DNA of 64,000 nt. It comes from Callorhinchus milii (taxonomy: Eukaryota). The DNA lies in assembly GCF_018977255.1 (NCBI RefSeq), contig NW_024704743.1, positions 68,202,001 through 68,266,000 of the forward strand, in the 5' to 3' direction. Every line of letters starts with the position of its first letter. Positions within the stretch are counted from its first letter, which is position 1. Made by a program: the position numbers and the translations under genes. The notes beneath the pieces were generated by a model. It saw nothing but the letters and a program-made list of their open reading frames with translations, had not been told where the DNA came from and did not search any database. Shown here piece by piece: positions 11,879 through 23,472 of this stretch.

Positions 11879-14784
11879 GCTGCACAAGATGTAAGCTTCT
11901 GACTGATCCATATAATGCCTTCGGGATAATCCTAACAAATTGTCCTGAGGAAAGACTCTTGCAACTTCTCTGGGGAAATAATAAAAATAAAAAACTGTTT
12001 AAACTTAAGTGTTTCTGATAAACATTAATTGTTAATTTCTGGTGATGTTTTCACTTTTTTTATTGAATTCCGTTTGTCCTTCAATGTGAATATTGTTAGG
12101 AATTGACTTTATTTACTCTGTTGTTTTCAAAGTGAAATAAAACGGACTTGTCTGTATAAAACCATAGCTATTTTCAAATCAGATTTATAAAGCTGAATGA
12201 ATGTAATGGGGAAAACCTTAGTCGTGTGAAAAATATTTGTGTTTTTCCTTCTCAACCCTTGAGATAAATCGCTAACTGAAAATACAGACACGGCTGTAAA
12301 GCCTCCTTAAACATCCAGTTGGGAGAAAGCACAAGTGTTGTCGCGGAACAACAGTTCTCAGCTACTCCATAATTCTGTGTTTAGAAAGGTAACCTTTCTT
12401 GTTGAGTTTTACAACTTTAATGGGGTCTTAAATCTTTTTATATAACTGCAGAATTTAGTAGTTTGAGAAATGTTCATGACTTGTGTTGAGAGACAACTTG
12501 TGTGCAGTGTGGCTGAGATGTTTGTGACTAATCTTCAACTGGTTGGCATCTGTGCGTATGTATTTTATATATTTATGGAACATATTTGTTGGAACTGTTT
12601 AGTGAACCCTGTTTGTATTTTGCTCCATTTCGGTTTTCTGGAGATTTATTCTTCTGCTTGTTAAAGAGATTCAGTAAACCTGCCAGTTTCAGATGATTGC
12701 TGTTTAATAATCTTTCACTATCCTGCGTGAAGGGCACTATATACATGTAAATCGTTGTCGTTCACAAATATTGTGTAAAGCAACATGAAACCAAGGAATA
12801 AAATTCACTTTATGAAAATGGGTATGACAAATCAAAGGCAAGGAATGGTGGTGATTACAAGTTTTGCCCCCCCCCCCCCCCAAGACAAACTACGACATAT
12901 TTATTTTGTGGTGGATGGACTGCAGGCACTGTTGGTTTATACTGGTTTGCACTGCACAGGGAATCCACTGGCTGCAGCCTGTATAATTTCCAAAGTCGCG
13001 AATTGCAACTTACTTTTATGGCCTTCCTGGCTGCCCATCTTACCAAAGTGAAAACTGATCTGGAAGAATGGCGGCTTTTTAAAAAAAATCATTTTGATAT
13101 AGTATTGTTAAGTATGCCTGACTTTAATGAGTAGCCATAATACATTGGGAACCTACATTATCCACCATAATTGATTGCATATCATTAACAACACAAAAGC
13201 CAGCAGTTTGATAATAGCCAAATCACATCAGGTTTAACCTGATTTCCATTATTGAAGCAGAGTGCCATCAATTCTTTTCAAAAGGAATTAATAGACGCTT
13301 GCAAAAGAAGAGATAATAATAATGCTTGCATTTGATATAGCACCTTATCACGTTGTCGAGACGTCACAAAGAGCTTCACAGGATATACAACAACAACAAC
13401 AAATTACATTTGTATAGTGCCTTTCACGTCAGGAGGACTACCCAAGCCGCTGGAATATACTTTAAATTGTGTAACTCTATATTATGGGTGAAAGCAGAAG
13501 TCAATTTGCTCCCAGCAGTGTCCCACAAAGATTTAACCTTATGAGGAGCAAATCAGAATATGAGATTAGATTAGAACAATAGAGTGTTTTTGATGGGCTG
13601 AATGGCCATTTTCTATACTGCAATCCAATTATTCAGGATGTCTGATTCTATTTACAACATTTGTTCATTTTTACAATGTGAATCTGAACTCAGAAAGAGG
13701 CCATTTGCCCCAGAATGCTATGGCATGCGATCAACTTTAATACCGTTGTGCTATTTGTTCTCTATGCTCTTTATACAGTGTTTATTCTTCCTTTATTTAT
13801 TTAATTTCCTTTTTGAATACAGAATTGATTTGCCTAACCTTCCAAATAACCTATTGTTTGAAGTGTTCTGAGATGTTTCAACATGATAAAATATCAAAGG
13901 CAAATATATTGTTATTTGTATCCCCCAATATCATTCCTGAGGAGATACTTATCCAGGTCTTTTTGTTTAATTGACACAGCATCAACTGCTTGTATCGGAA
14001 ATCTAATCCACACAACTACTATTTGAAAGGTTGAAATAAATATTGATAAAAATGCTGAATTGATAAAATACATCTTATTTTGAAAGTAAGCTTTAGAGAA
14101 GTTACTTCTCTCTCTGAGACTAAATTTGGCATTGAGCACCTTCCCCCCCATACCCTTATCTTGGCAAAGCATAGTATAAAACTGACTTCAGAAAGAAATG
14201 AAAACAAAGATCAGGAATGTAACGGTTGATTAAATTTGGCTTGAATTATTATGAGTTGCTTTCTATTTCTTTCAATTATTGAACTAAACACTACAGTGTG
14301 CCTGGAATATACAGACTATATGTTTGATACATTCAATAATTGCCTACACATTATACTTCACAGAAGCTTGGAAATCCTAAACTTTATTTAATGTGTTCAT
14401 CCCGACGCAACCTATTACATCTTGCAATGTTCTGTGAGAGCAATGATTTCTGATGTTTACGTTGAACTCCCATATCATCATAAGCTTTGCTGATTGTCTC
14501 TTTTGTTTAATTTAAAGTTTACAATTGTTCCAAGTCTTTTCTGGTAAGCTTGTCGTAATGCCGTTGATTGCATGTGTTCAGTGGAAAAACATTTCAGTCG
14601 AGATACTGAAATCCAGTGTCACCCATATGTGATCACAAGTGAGATCATCAGTTTTAACTCCCTTGTCCGAAAACAGTGGTAGATCATTGCCCATGATCAG
14701 GGTGGTCAATCCGAGGCATAGAGTCTCCACATGATGTTCAGCTGTTAGGGGCTGAGAGCACAAGGTTACTTATTCAAACCTTTC

Positions 14785-15270
14785 AAACAACTTCAGCTAT
14801 TTAATTTGGGGCCTCATATCTCTGTGTGTTAGTGGTTATCATACTTGATACGAATCAGGTATACCGAAGGACTTGCTCTGTCAATAATTCTGTATTAATA
14901 TCTTGATGTCTTTGCAAATTGGCCAAACGTCTCGTAGACATAACATTACTGAATTGCCAATTTCATACTTTTCCTCCTTTATTCCATTATCCATGTACAT
15001 TTTGTTTGCATACTTACTTTTCCTAATTTCCATCGCTACTACCTTATACGTGTGTGCTAAATTATTTACTTATTTACATAGTTCTCAGGGGTAATACCTT
15101 GCAGTGCTGGTATGAACATTTCATCCAACCATAAGTGCAAGGGCATTCTCATGGACCATCCAGTCACAACTACATGTGGGGAAAACACGGTAGATTTAGA
15201 GGGTGAAGTTCGCATATATATATATATATAAGAATCGTAGGCAGGGACATACATTTTCAGACACATTTCT
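14785..15270 (-). pseudogene. Retroelement integrase C-terminal remnant
   Basis: Across frameshifts: LPTIL / MRTSPSKSTVFSPHVVVTGWSMRMPLHL / SKYANKMYMDNGIKEEKYEIGNSVML / YRIIDRASPSVYLIRI / IK*LKLF. This follows the usual integrase tail pattern (RxTP..TGFSP.E...GR, Y.IGD.V, GPY-type module, H...LK.F). Confidence 0.78.
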
Positions 15271-15457
15271 TATCTGCCTGGATTATTCATTACAAAAGCT
15301 GCTGCAGCTAGTTTTGTTCCTTGTGCATGCAAATTTAAAGCAATCTGATTATCCTGTCTCTGGATACTATATCCCAAATCCAGTGCATCTTTTACCTGCC
15401 TCGTAGCAGCTATAGCATGAACATTATTGTTAACCCATTATTGACTGACTACCATCG

Positions 15458-15694
15458 TTATACACCTTCAACATTTCCCACATAAATTTTCAACGGGGTG
15501 GATAGATATTCCTTTGCATCAGAACCTTCAAAACTACTCAATTTTACAACTTTATCTGAAGAAAGTTGAGACTCTTTGGATTGCTCTTCTGGGAGAATAG
15601 TTAGGGAGGCACTTGAGTCGACTAATAATAGACAAGAGTGTCCGTAAACTCATGTTGTAACTGTTGACTTTCCCCAAATATCTATCTGAAGGGC
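15458..15694 (-). pseudogene. Retroviral-type aspartic protease remnant
   Basis: Manual translation: VALQIDIWGKSTVTT*VYGHSCLLLVDSSASLTILPEEQSKESQLSSDKVVKLSSFEGSDAKEYLSTPLKIYVGNVEGV*. LLVDSSASLTIL is a mutated LVD[ST]GAS active-site motif. Confidence 0.8.
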
Positions 15695-18160
15695 TACAGC
15701 ATCCGCAGGGAGGGCATGGTGGCTGACCGGCGCTTTAGTTCCCTGCTGTATTTTTGAGCCTGTATTTCTTTTAACAATTCTCACACCGGGATAATATGGA
15801 GGTTATCACGGTATTTGCCAATTACCATGACACCTCTATATTGTCCCTGGTATGTATCTCGATTGAACTTTCAGGGAGTGATAGCAAAATAGCCTTGGCT
15901 TTGATAATGCTGACAGCCTCGCCCACGCCCCCTGTTGCCCGGTTCAAAAGAGAGGCCCAGAGCCCTTATTTGGCCATCATGAATGTAGTTTGGAATGGGG
16001 GTCAAATTTGGTTTTGATCAATTTGATTTTCAAATGTGTCCTTGCCCTTTAGCTGGCTATTGCTGCTACCTTTCCTCTTTGCTCTGGCTTCTCTAATGAG
16101 TTTCCTGGTAGGCTGCCAGGTTTGCATGACTTAGGGCTCCTCACTATGTCTGGTTGAAGAAAGATCCACAGCTGGACTTGTACGAATTTGGCTGTTCCTC
16201 TGACTGCTGACTGCATTCTACTACTTTTGGAAAAGGGTTTCCCTGGTTTTAATTTTAATCTATTGCCTTTAACTCTGTATTAGTGTACTTTCAATTCTCG
16301 AGTATCTGTGCTTCATTGGACTCCCCATCATCTGTTGTAGCATAACATGGTTAAACATCCTTCACATATAACCAAATCACCATCATCGATTGTATTAAAA
16401 TCAACATTCATAACATACACAAAAAAAATCGAAGAACAAGTTTGACAGTAGCTGCAGAAACAGCTTTATGTCTATGGGAACTGAAGGGTTAATTTGATGT
16501 TTCTTCTGTGTTAATTTTTAACTTGCCACATCTACTGTTAACTTCTTTATTTAAGTAATCTCAATCAATATAATCCTATTTTTGTGCTGCAGGGGAGAGC
16601 TGCAAATGTTGTGGAGAGAGAGAGAGAGAATAACAGCATTTTGATCTTTGCTGACTCCTCACAAGTATAGACTTAATTGTTTGAGTGCTTTCATGTGGGC
16701 CTGTGAGTCATTTCCCTGCTTTAATTTCAGATTCCCTAAGATTTTCCTTATTTCTGCTTCATACTGGAGTGCTGTGGGATGCCTGATCCCCGAGTGCTTA
16801 ATTTCTCCTTCAACTCGTTAATCTTTGCCTCATATTTCTCACGTGACACTGCAAGACTTTGTTTGATTTGCTGTTCCTGGTTAGCCACGGTCTGGCTACG
16901 ACTGCACTCACATCTGGCCTCAGTAGACACGGACATATGAAACAAGACACTGGCTTTTAGGAGAGCCATTTCATGGTTAGTAACAACGACTCTAACACTT
17001 TTTTTCCCCATCATCGTACTCTTTCGTACAATGTGACCAGGGAAGTTGCTCTTTTCCCTTATCCACGTTCCCAACCTGTGGGAGGGAAATTCAAAGTGCT
17101 AATCAGTCTTTTCCCACAGAAGTAAATTCTGTGAGACAATTCGATCAGTTTCCCACAGAGTTTCTTATTTTAACTCCTTCCTTAAAAGGGTTATGACAGG
17201 GTAAGTAGTAATTGATCATTGCACTGGTCGGTGAATACCTGCAATAAAATTTAAGGTAATCACAAAAAGAATTAAAGAGAGATTAGAAAGTAAATCTTTA
17301 CATGGTTTTTGCCACAAAAAACTGTAGAAGCAAACTCCATAAATTTAAAAGGAAATTGAATTGCTGCTGAAAAAGTTTAATAAATGGTAAGAGAAGCAAG
17401 AGGGGGAGTGAAATTAGACTAAGTGATTTATGTGGAGAAAATCATCAGCGCAGACTTTATCTTTTACCTCTTACAGAAAATAAAATATTTCTGTACTATA
17501 CATTCTGTGTTACATAGGAAAAAAATACAGGTATTTAGATGTTCCCACAAATAAGTTTTGAATGGTCGTTGTATTATTGCAAGTATTGTTATCCTCCACC
17601 TGCAAATGCAGGGGTCTTTTGTATAAGTACAGATGAGAGAAGCAATGCAGCAACTTGGTGGGGTGAGAGTTTGAGGTGTCAGATATGGCCAATGAGGTCT
17701 GAGTTATGGATGGTACATTGGCACACCTTCATGAAGTAGATTGTAGATTCTCTCTTCCTGACCCCCCGTTTGTTCTGTTCAGCAATATTGTAATAGAAGT
17801 GTTGAAAGAAACATTGATGGGATGTGAGCTGCCTAACAAGCTGAAGGGAACATTGAATAGAGAACTGCTTCCCAGCAACTTTTGAATGCCTGCTAGTGAT
17901 TATCTTGAGAACTTCATTGGTAGAGGTCTGGTAGTGGAAAGAATGGCTGATTTGTCTAATAGAGTATGGTAAGAAAAATGTATAAAAGTTAGAAGGCAGG
18001 GAGCAGATCATGGTTCTCAAATTGGCTGGATGTACTGTAGTTTGTGGTGTGTCCTAGGAATCTGTGCTGAAACCTCTATTGCTTTACATCCATGTAACTT
18101 TAGAAATCAGCAGAGTGGGAAACATTTCTAAGTTTAATAATAATATTAATAATCATATTA

Positions 18161-18578
18161 ATAATAATCCTTGCATTTGATCTAGCACCTTTCACACAGC
18201 GAGAAAGTCTCTTTTTTTAAAAAAGAAGCTCTTCACAGGATTTATTATAGTGACAGCAATGTTGTGCCCAGTAATGTCTCACAAATAGTAATGGAGTTAA
18301 TGACCAGTTTTATTTGGGGGATTGTTGGCCAGGACACCAGGGAAGCTCCCTTTTTTTGAATAATGCCATGGCATGTTTAACACCACTTAAACAGGTACAT
18401 GGGACCTTAGTTTATCATCTCATCCAAAAGACAGCACCTTCGATAACGCAGCACACCCAAGTACTACGTTGGAGTGTCTACATGGACTACAGGGATTCCA
18501 AGTCCCGACATGGGGCTTGAACCCACAACTTTCTGACTCGGAGGCGAGAGTGCAACTTACTGAGCCAGGCTGACACAC
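18161..18578 (-). mobile_element. Older Deu-domain SINE (SacSINE1-like)
   Basis: Reverse complement: head GTGTCAGCCTGGCTCAGT...GGGTTCAAGCCCCA, central CTTTTGGATGAGATG..AAAC..AGGTCC, L2-like tail. Confidence 0.8.
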
Positions 18579-18791
18579 GCAAGGCAATATGCATTAGAAC
18601 ATGAGAAGATTACTTAGGCTTGCTACAGCACAGAAACAGGCCTTTCAGCCAAACTAATCCATACTCTTCTTCGTGAGATGCGTGTTATTTATAGAGAAAG
18701 ATTAATATTATTATTGTTGCCTGGTCAACTTTTAACAAAAAGGCATCAGCTCAGGATTTTCACTCAAAAGAATGAAGGGAGTGGAAAAGGT

Positions 18792-18991
18792 TAGTGGTGG
18801 TCAAACATTTTGGTCGGCCAACAAAATAATTTTGTTCGATTGAATATTTCTTGACTTATGCCATAAATCAAGAAATATTCAATCAAGAAAAAACAGGAAA
18901 CACATTGCTGCTCAAACCCAGACTTAGCTAGACTAGTGCGATGTTCAGGTACAGCCCTGCAGGCATACTGGCCACGGGTTGGCCACCTCTG
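18792..18991. mobile_element. hAT-like MITE with central palindrome
   Basis: Imperfect TIRs TAGTGGTGGTCAAAC and GGTTGGCCACCTCTG (Charlie-type CAG.GGTGGCCAAC); hairpin with 23-bp arms at 18838-18884; related copy near 62358-62450. No TSD seen. Confidence 0.55.
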
Positions 18992-19398
18992 GTTCGAAGA
19001 AGCTTTCCATGTAGAGGCTTATGAAAACGTGAAGTTCTTTACCATAAGTGGCTAAAGAGTGTGAGAATATAACTGTAAAAAGAGGATTGAACAAGGAGAA
19101 AGAATAAAAAAGGGTAAGGGGAAAGAGCAGGGAAGGTGGACTAAAATAGTGAGCTTCAGTGTTTGATATACGTTTGATGTGCTGGATTGTTCTGCCTATG
19201 ATGTAATGTCTGCGTGATGTGTATTTCCAGTACACAGACACATTGGCTGATTTTTGGGGATAATGATGCATACGAACAATTAATGACAAAGTAAATGGTC
19301 TTCTGTGTCAGATATTGTTTTACATTGACAATTAGATTTGCTTCTTCATCGATTTTTGTATGTGTGCTACAGCTTCCATCTGTCTCAACTACCTCATC

Positions 19399-19717
19399 TG
19401 TGGAGCCCTGTAGTTCAGTGGTTAGAGCACTCGCTTTGCAAGTGAGAGACCTGAGTTCAATTCCAGGCAGAGGGCGAAACCTTGGGCAAGTTTCCTTACT
19501 CCACACAGAGCCTAATAATAATCCCTCCAAAACCAAAAACAATAATAAATTGGTCATTTTCAATCTATGACTGTTTGTGGGACATTGCTGTGCGCAATTG
19601 GCTGCCGCGTTCGCACCCAAATATACAGTCAATTCACTTATATTCTGTGAAGCGCTTTGGGACGTCCTCCTGACGTGAAAAGAGCTATATCAATTGCAAG
19701 GATTACTATTATTATTA
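19399..19717 (+). mobile_element. Full-length tRNA-Ala SINE (short subfamily)
   Basis: A box TAGTTCAGTGG, TGC anticodon loop, B box GTTCAATTCC, core and (TTA)n tail; lacks the ~65-nt spacer of the long subfamily. Confidence 0.92.
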
Positions 19718-20113
19718 TCTGCTGATATTTGTGTATCTGTCCTTTGGTATGAATTTAGTTTAGTTCTTTCCCATTTTTGTTTCTCAATTAGAAAAAAGTT
19801 ACAGTAACTGAAATATTCTGGAAACTGTTTTACTGTATTTATATTTTCCAATCTGCTCCAGCATAAACTCAGTGCCCAGAGGCGAAGCCAATTGCTAGTC
19901 CCCGTTTCACCCACAAAACACACAGTCAATTCACTTTATAGTACATCCTGTGAAGCACTTTGAGAAGTCTCGATGCTGTGATAAGCCGCTATATCAAAAA
20001 TGCAAGATTTTTTTATTTAGGTTAGAATATGAAGGGACTACTACATAAAAGTGTAAGGTTTGTCTCAAGCGAAAGTGTCTAATAAATCTACTGTGTTGAC
20101 TGACATAAGGGAC

Positions 20114-20559
20114 GTGTCAGCCTGGCTCATTGCGTAGGGCTTTCACCTCTGAATCAAGATTATGGATTCAAGCCTCATGTTGGGACATGGAACTATAAAC
20201 TAGGCTGAGATTCGATGCAGTTCTGGGGATATGCTGCATTGTTGGAGTTGCCGTCTTGGGGATGAGATGTTTAAACTGAGGTCCTGTCTTGTCTGTTCAG
20301 GTCGATGTTAAAGATCCCACAGCATTATTTGAAAAAAGAAGCAAGTTTCTCTTGTTGTCCTGGTCAACAATCCCCCAATAAAATTGGTAAATCACATTAT
20401 GGCCATTTGTGGGGCACTACTGTCCCCAAATTGACTGTTGTATTCCCCCCAAAAAACACAATCACTCCACTTTACAGTGAAGTTACACTTTATCATGTGA
20501 AACATTTTGAGATATCCTCCCAACATGAAAGGTACTATGCCAAATTTAAGGATTATTAT
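20114..20559 (+). mobile_element. Older Deu-domain SINE (SacSINE1-like)
   Basis: Same family as 18161-18578, opposite strand. Confidence 0.8.
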
Positions 20560-20749
20560 GATTGCTTTTATGTTTTCTGGTTTGCCCAAATTAAACTTGT
20601 AATTCCTCAAAACCATTTTTTTTATACTTTACATTACTTGATGGGGTTGTCTTGTTGAAACACTCATAAATGGAGATTAAATAACCTCATAACAGGTTAC
20701 CTTAAATTGGTTATACCACATTTGAAGTCTTAAGTACAGTTCTATTGTA

Positions 20750-21230
20750 GCATTGGATAGAGTACAGTGTAGGTTTACAAGCATGTTACCTGTGATGAAT
20801 AGATACCACTATCAAGAAAGATTGGACATGTTGGAGCTTTTCTCTAGATTGAGACGATTAGGAGTGGCTCTGATACAGGTTATTTAAGATTATGAAAGTA
20901 TTTTGTAAGGTGAACATTAATAGGCTTTTTCCACGTGTTGGTGAGTCCAAATGAGAGGGCATCAATATAAGATAGTTAGAAGTAGATATAATAGGGAGTT
21001 TAGGCAGAACTTCTATTAGCAGAGGGTGATAAGAATGTGGAACTCACTGCTGTAATCTCTGGTTGAAGCAAAAAGGGTCAATGTATTTTAGAGAAAATAC
21101 ATGAAGCGGAAAGGAATAGAGGGATGTAGGGGAGGGGAATAGGAGTGATGAGGGCTTGTTTGGACTATAAACAGCAGCACAGACAAGTTGGGCTGAATAG
21201 CCTGTTTCCATGCTAAATTACTCTATATAA
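20750..21230 (+). mobile_element. CR1 LINE 3' fragment
   Basis: Degenerate RVQ.RFT.M.P...Y.ERL..L.LFSL coding remnant, F.QRVIRMWNSL, and 3' UTR GGGCTGAATAGCCTGTTTCC. Confidence 0.8.
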
Positions 21231-21398
21231 CAAGCATTCAGTGCCAAAAGGTTATTACATTTACAAACGAGTGTGGAACCCCAACCATCAGCCAATCTGC
21301 CCCATTCTTTGCAACTCCACCCGAGTATCCCTCCAACTACATCCCTAACCTCATTCAATTTCGTCTCAAGACCTGCCTCTTAACCATTCGGTTATCTT

Positions 21399-21432
21399 CC
21401 CCCCCCCCGCCCCCCCCCCCCCCCCCCCCCCC
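21399..21432. repeat. Poly-C tract
   Basis: 34-nt C run with one G, inside an L2-like 3' remnant. Confidence 0.9.
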
Positions 21433-23013
21433 GGCTCCCAACTCTTTGACCAGGCTTTTGATGATCTTTTCCCATGAATGTTGAGCAACTTGGGCTATTC
21501 TCCCAATGTGAAAGGTGCTATGTAAATGTAAATTAGAATTTTATTTAAACTGTCTGCAATTCGCGTACGCGAATCACTCCCAATACAGGTGAATCTCAGA
21601 CAAACATGCATTTTATGTGTATCAGTCATAATTTCAGAAGCGCACCAATTTTTTTTCTCTTATCTTCCCTCTTAGAATAAAATTGCTAATTTAGTACTGA
21701 ATTATGGGTCATATTTTGCTGGGAACTGATACCACTAGGAACTAGCTTGAGTCTGCCCCAATTTATTTCACTGGAGATTCTCGTAGCAAGAAGAGAGAGG
21801 AACTTCAGTCCAATCAGTTTCAGCTGCATTTAGATCCCAAGGCTGAAAAGACATGATTGCTAACCCATTACACCACTGAGTTTTCTTTAAAACATTTTTT
21901 GAATAAATGACTTATTTTGCTTGTCAAGATTTAAAAAAAAAACATATTAGCTGCTTGTTAAAAATTTTAAACATATATAGTGGAACCATTAATCATAAAA
22001 ATCATGTTTGATATTTCAACAAATTACTAGATTAGGAATTGCGGAATGCTAGAGCTGGCAAATTGAGTGTTACTGGCTGACGGTTTGATGAAGTAAATTA
22101 AGAACGTAAATTTCGGTTGCAGTGAACCACTCAACTGGAAATTGGTGCATTTTTGACATTGATTCAAAAAATCTTATCTAATGAAATTCTTCCTACTCTG
22201 CTTCTTGAAATTATGATACTCGTCTGGAACAGATGTTTTGTTGTTGAGGCTAACTTTCTCCTCTTCTGATTATTTTCATGTATGTTTCTTGCTGGGATAG
22301 GTTTTCAAAGGCGCCAGGAGCCCTCTGGTATTTTGGCCCCGTGACAATTCAGTTCGGATAATAAGTGTTGGACGATGAGTGTTATTGCCTCACTTGATGT
22401 CCCTGTATGTGTATTTTCTAGATGGGGTCACTGGATAGACAATGGGAACAGGTACCGCTGCAGATTTTCCTCTCCCTAACCCAGAAGACAGATTATTATT
22501 CCCCAATTGCTGCTCTAGCGAAGATCAATGAATGGAATCTGTTACACAGTCTAAATGGCTTTGCGTTGCACCAGATAGTGTCTTTTCACACTGGGCCATC
22601 ATTGGAGCCCTCAGGCTTAAGACTGACTGGTTTGTTCACAAAAATGAATATGAACTTGAGACTTGTTTTCTGTAGCTGGAGTAGAATCGATGTTTCTCTA
22701 AAGTGTAATTAAGTGATTCAGTCTGAGCTTAGACAGAGATTAAGTGCTTTGTGACTGAAAGCGTCCAATTCAATTGATTTGTGAGGCTCACACTCCGCAC
22801 CTTATGAATTAAATAATTAGTATGCCGATTTTCATTCTCAGCAGATGGAAATGTTATTATTAGTGAACTGAATTGTTTTCTATATATAATATTTTCAGTT
22901 CGCATCGAGTGAATTCCAATGCAGCATAAATGTTTATAAAAATACCTGCAAATGGCCCTTCTCAAGGAACAGTAATGCATCTACTACATGTTACTTGCTT
23001 ATTAGCCACAACT

Positions 23014-23472
23014 TAATAATAATAATCCTTGCATTTGACATAGGACCTTTTCACAACTTTGAGATATCTCAAAGCTCTTCACAGAATATACTGTGAAGTG
23101 AATTGACTGTATATTTTGTGGGTGATACATATCAGCCAATTGCCTACAGGAATGTCCTACAAACAGTCGGGGATGGAATGATTTTTTTTAAGGGTTTATT
23201 AAATTGATCCGCCAATTGAATAACAACTGGGTTCCTACTTACTGCTAGGTACATAGAGATTTAATTTCTCCCTCAAAATATGCAGTCAAATCACTTTACC
23301 TATATGCGGTGAAGGGCTTTGAGACATATGGAAGACGTGATAAAGTGTTAATCAAGTGCAAGGATTATTATTATGTGTGGAGTAAGGAAACTTGCCTAAT
23401 GTTTCAACCTGTCCAGCAATTGAACCCAGATCCTCTGGTTTGCGAGGCGAGTGCTCTAACCAGTATGCTCAG
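23014..23472 (-). mobile_element. tRNA-Ala SINE (long subfamily) interrupted by a plus-strand SINE tail (about 23265-23374)
   Basis: Minus-strand tail, core and spacer, then an oppositely oriented tail, then the minus-strand head resumes at GTGTGGAGTAAGG. Confidence 0.8.

Larger units (their letters stand above)
14137..17198 (-). mobile_element. Degenerate, internally deleted LTR retroelement (retrovirus-like or Ty3/Gypsy)
   Basis: Minus-strand order: coiled-coil gag-like ORF (17074-16748), aspartic protease remnant, integrase C-terminal remnant, then a polypurine tract GGGGGGGAAGG (14149-14139) followed by TG. Many stops and frameshifts; paired LTRs not identified. Confidence 0.75.

Noticed and set aside
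16748..17075. Exon of a nested antisense host gene (acceptor-like CCCTCCCACAG on the minus strand)
   Set aside because: No partner exons were found, and its position upstream of protease and integrase remnants makes a gag remnant more parsimonious.
19399..19480. tRNA-Ala(TGC)-like gene (also at about 25174, 34360, 36455-36529 and 60126)
   Set aside because: Each runs straight into a SINE body, with mutated stems and no T-run terminator. These are SINE heads, not tRNA genes.
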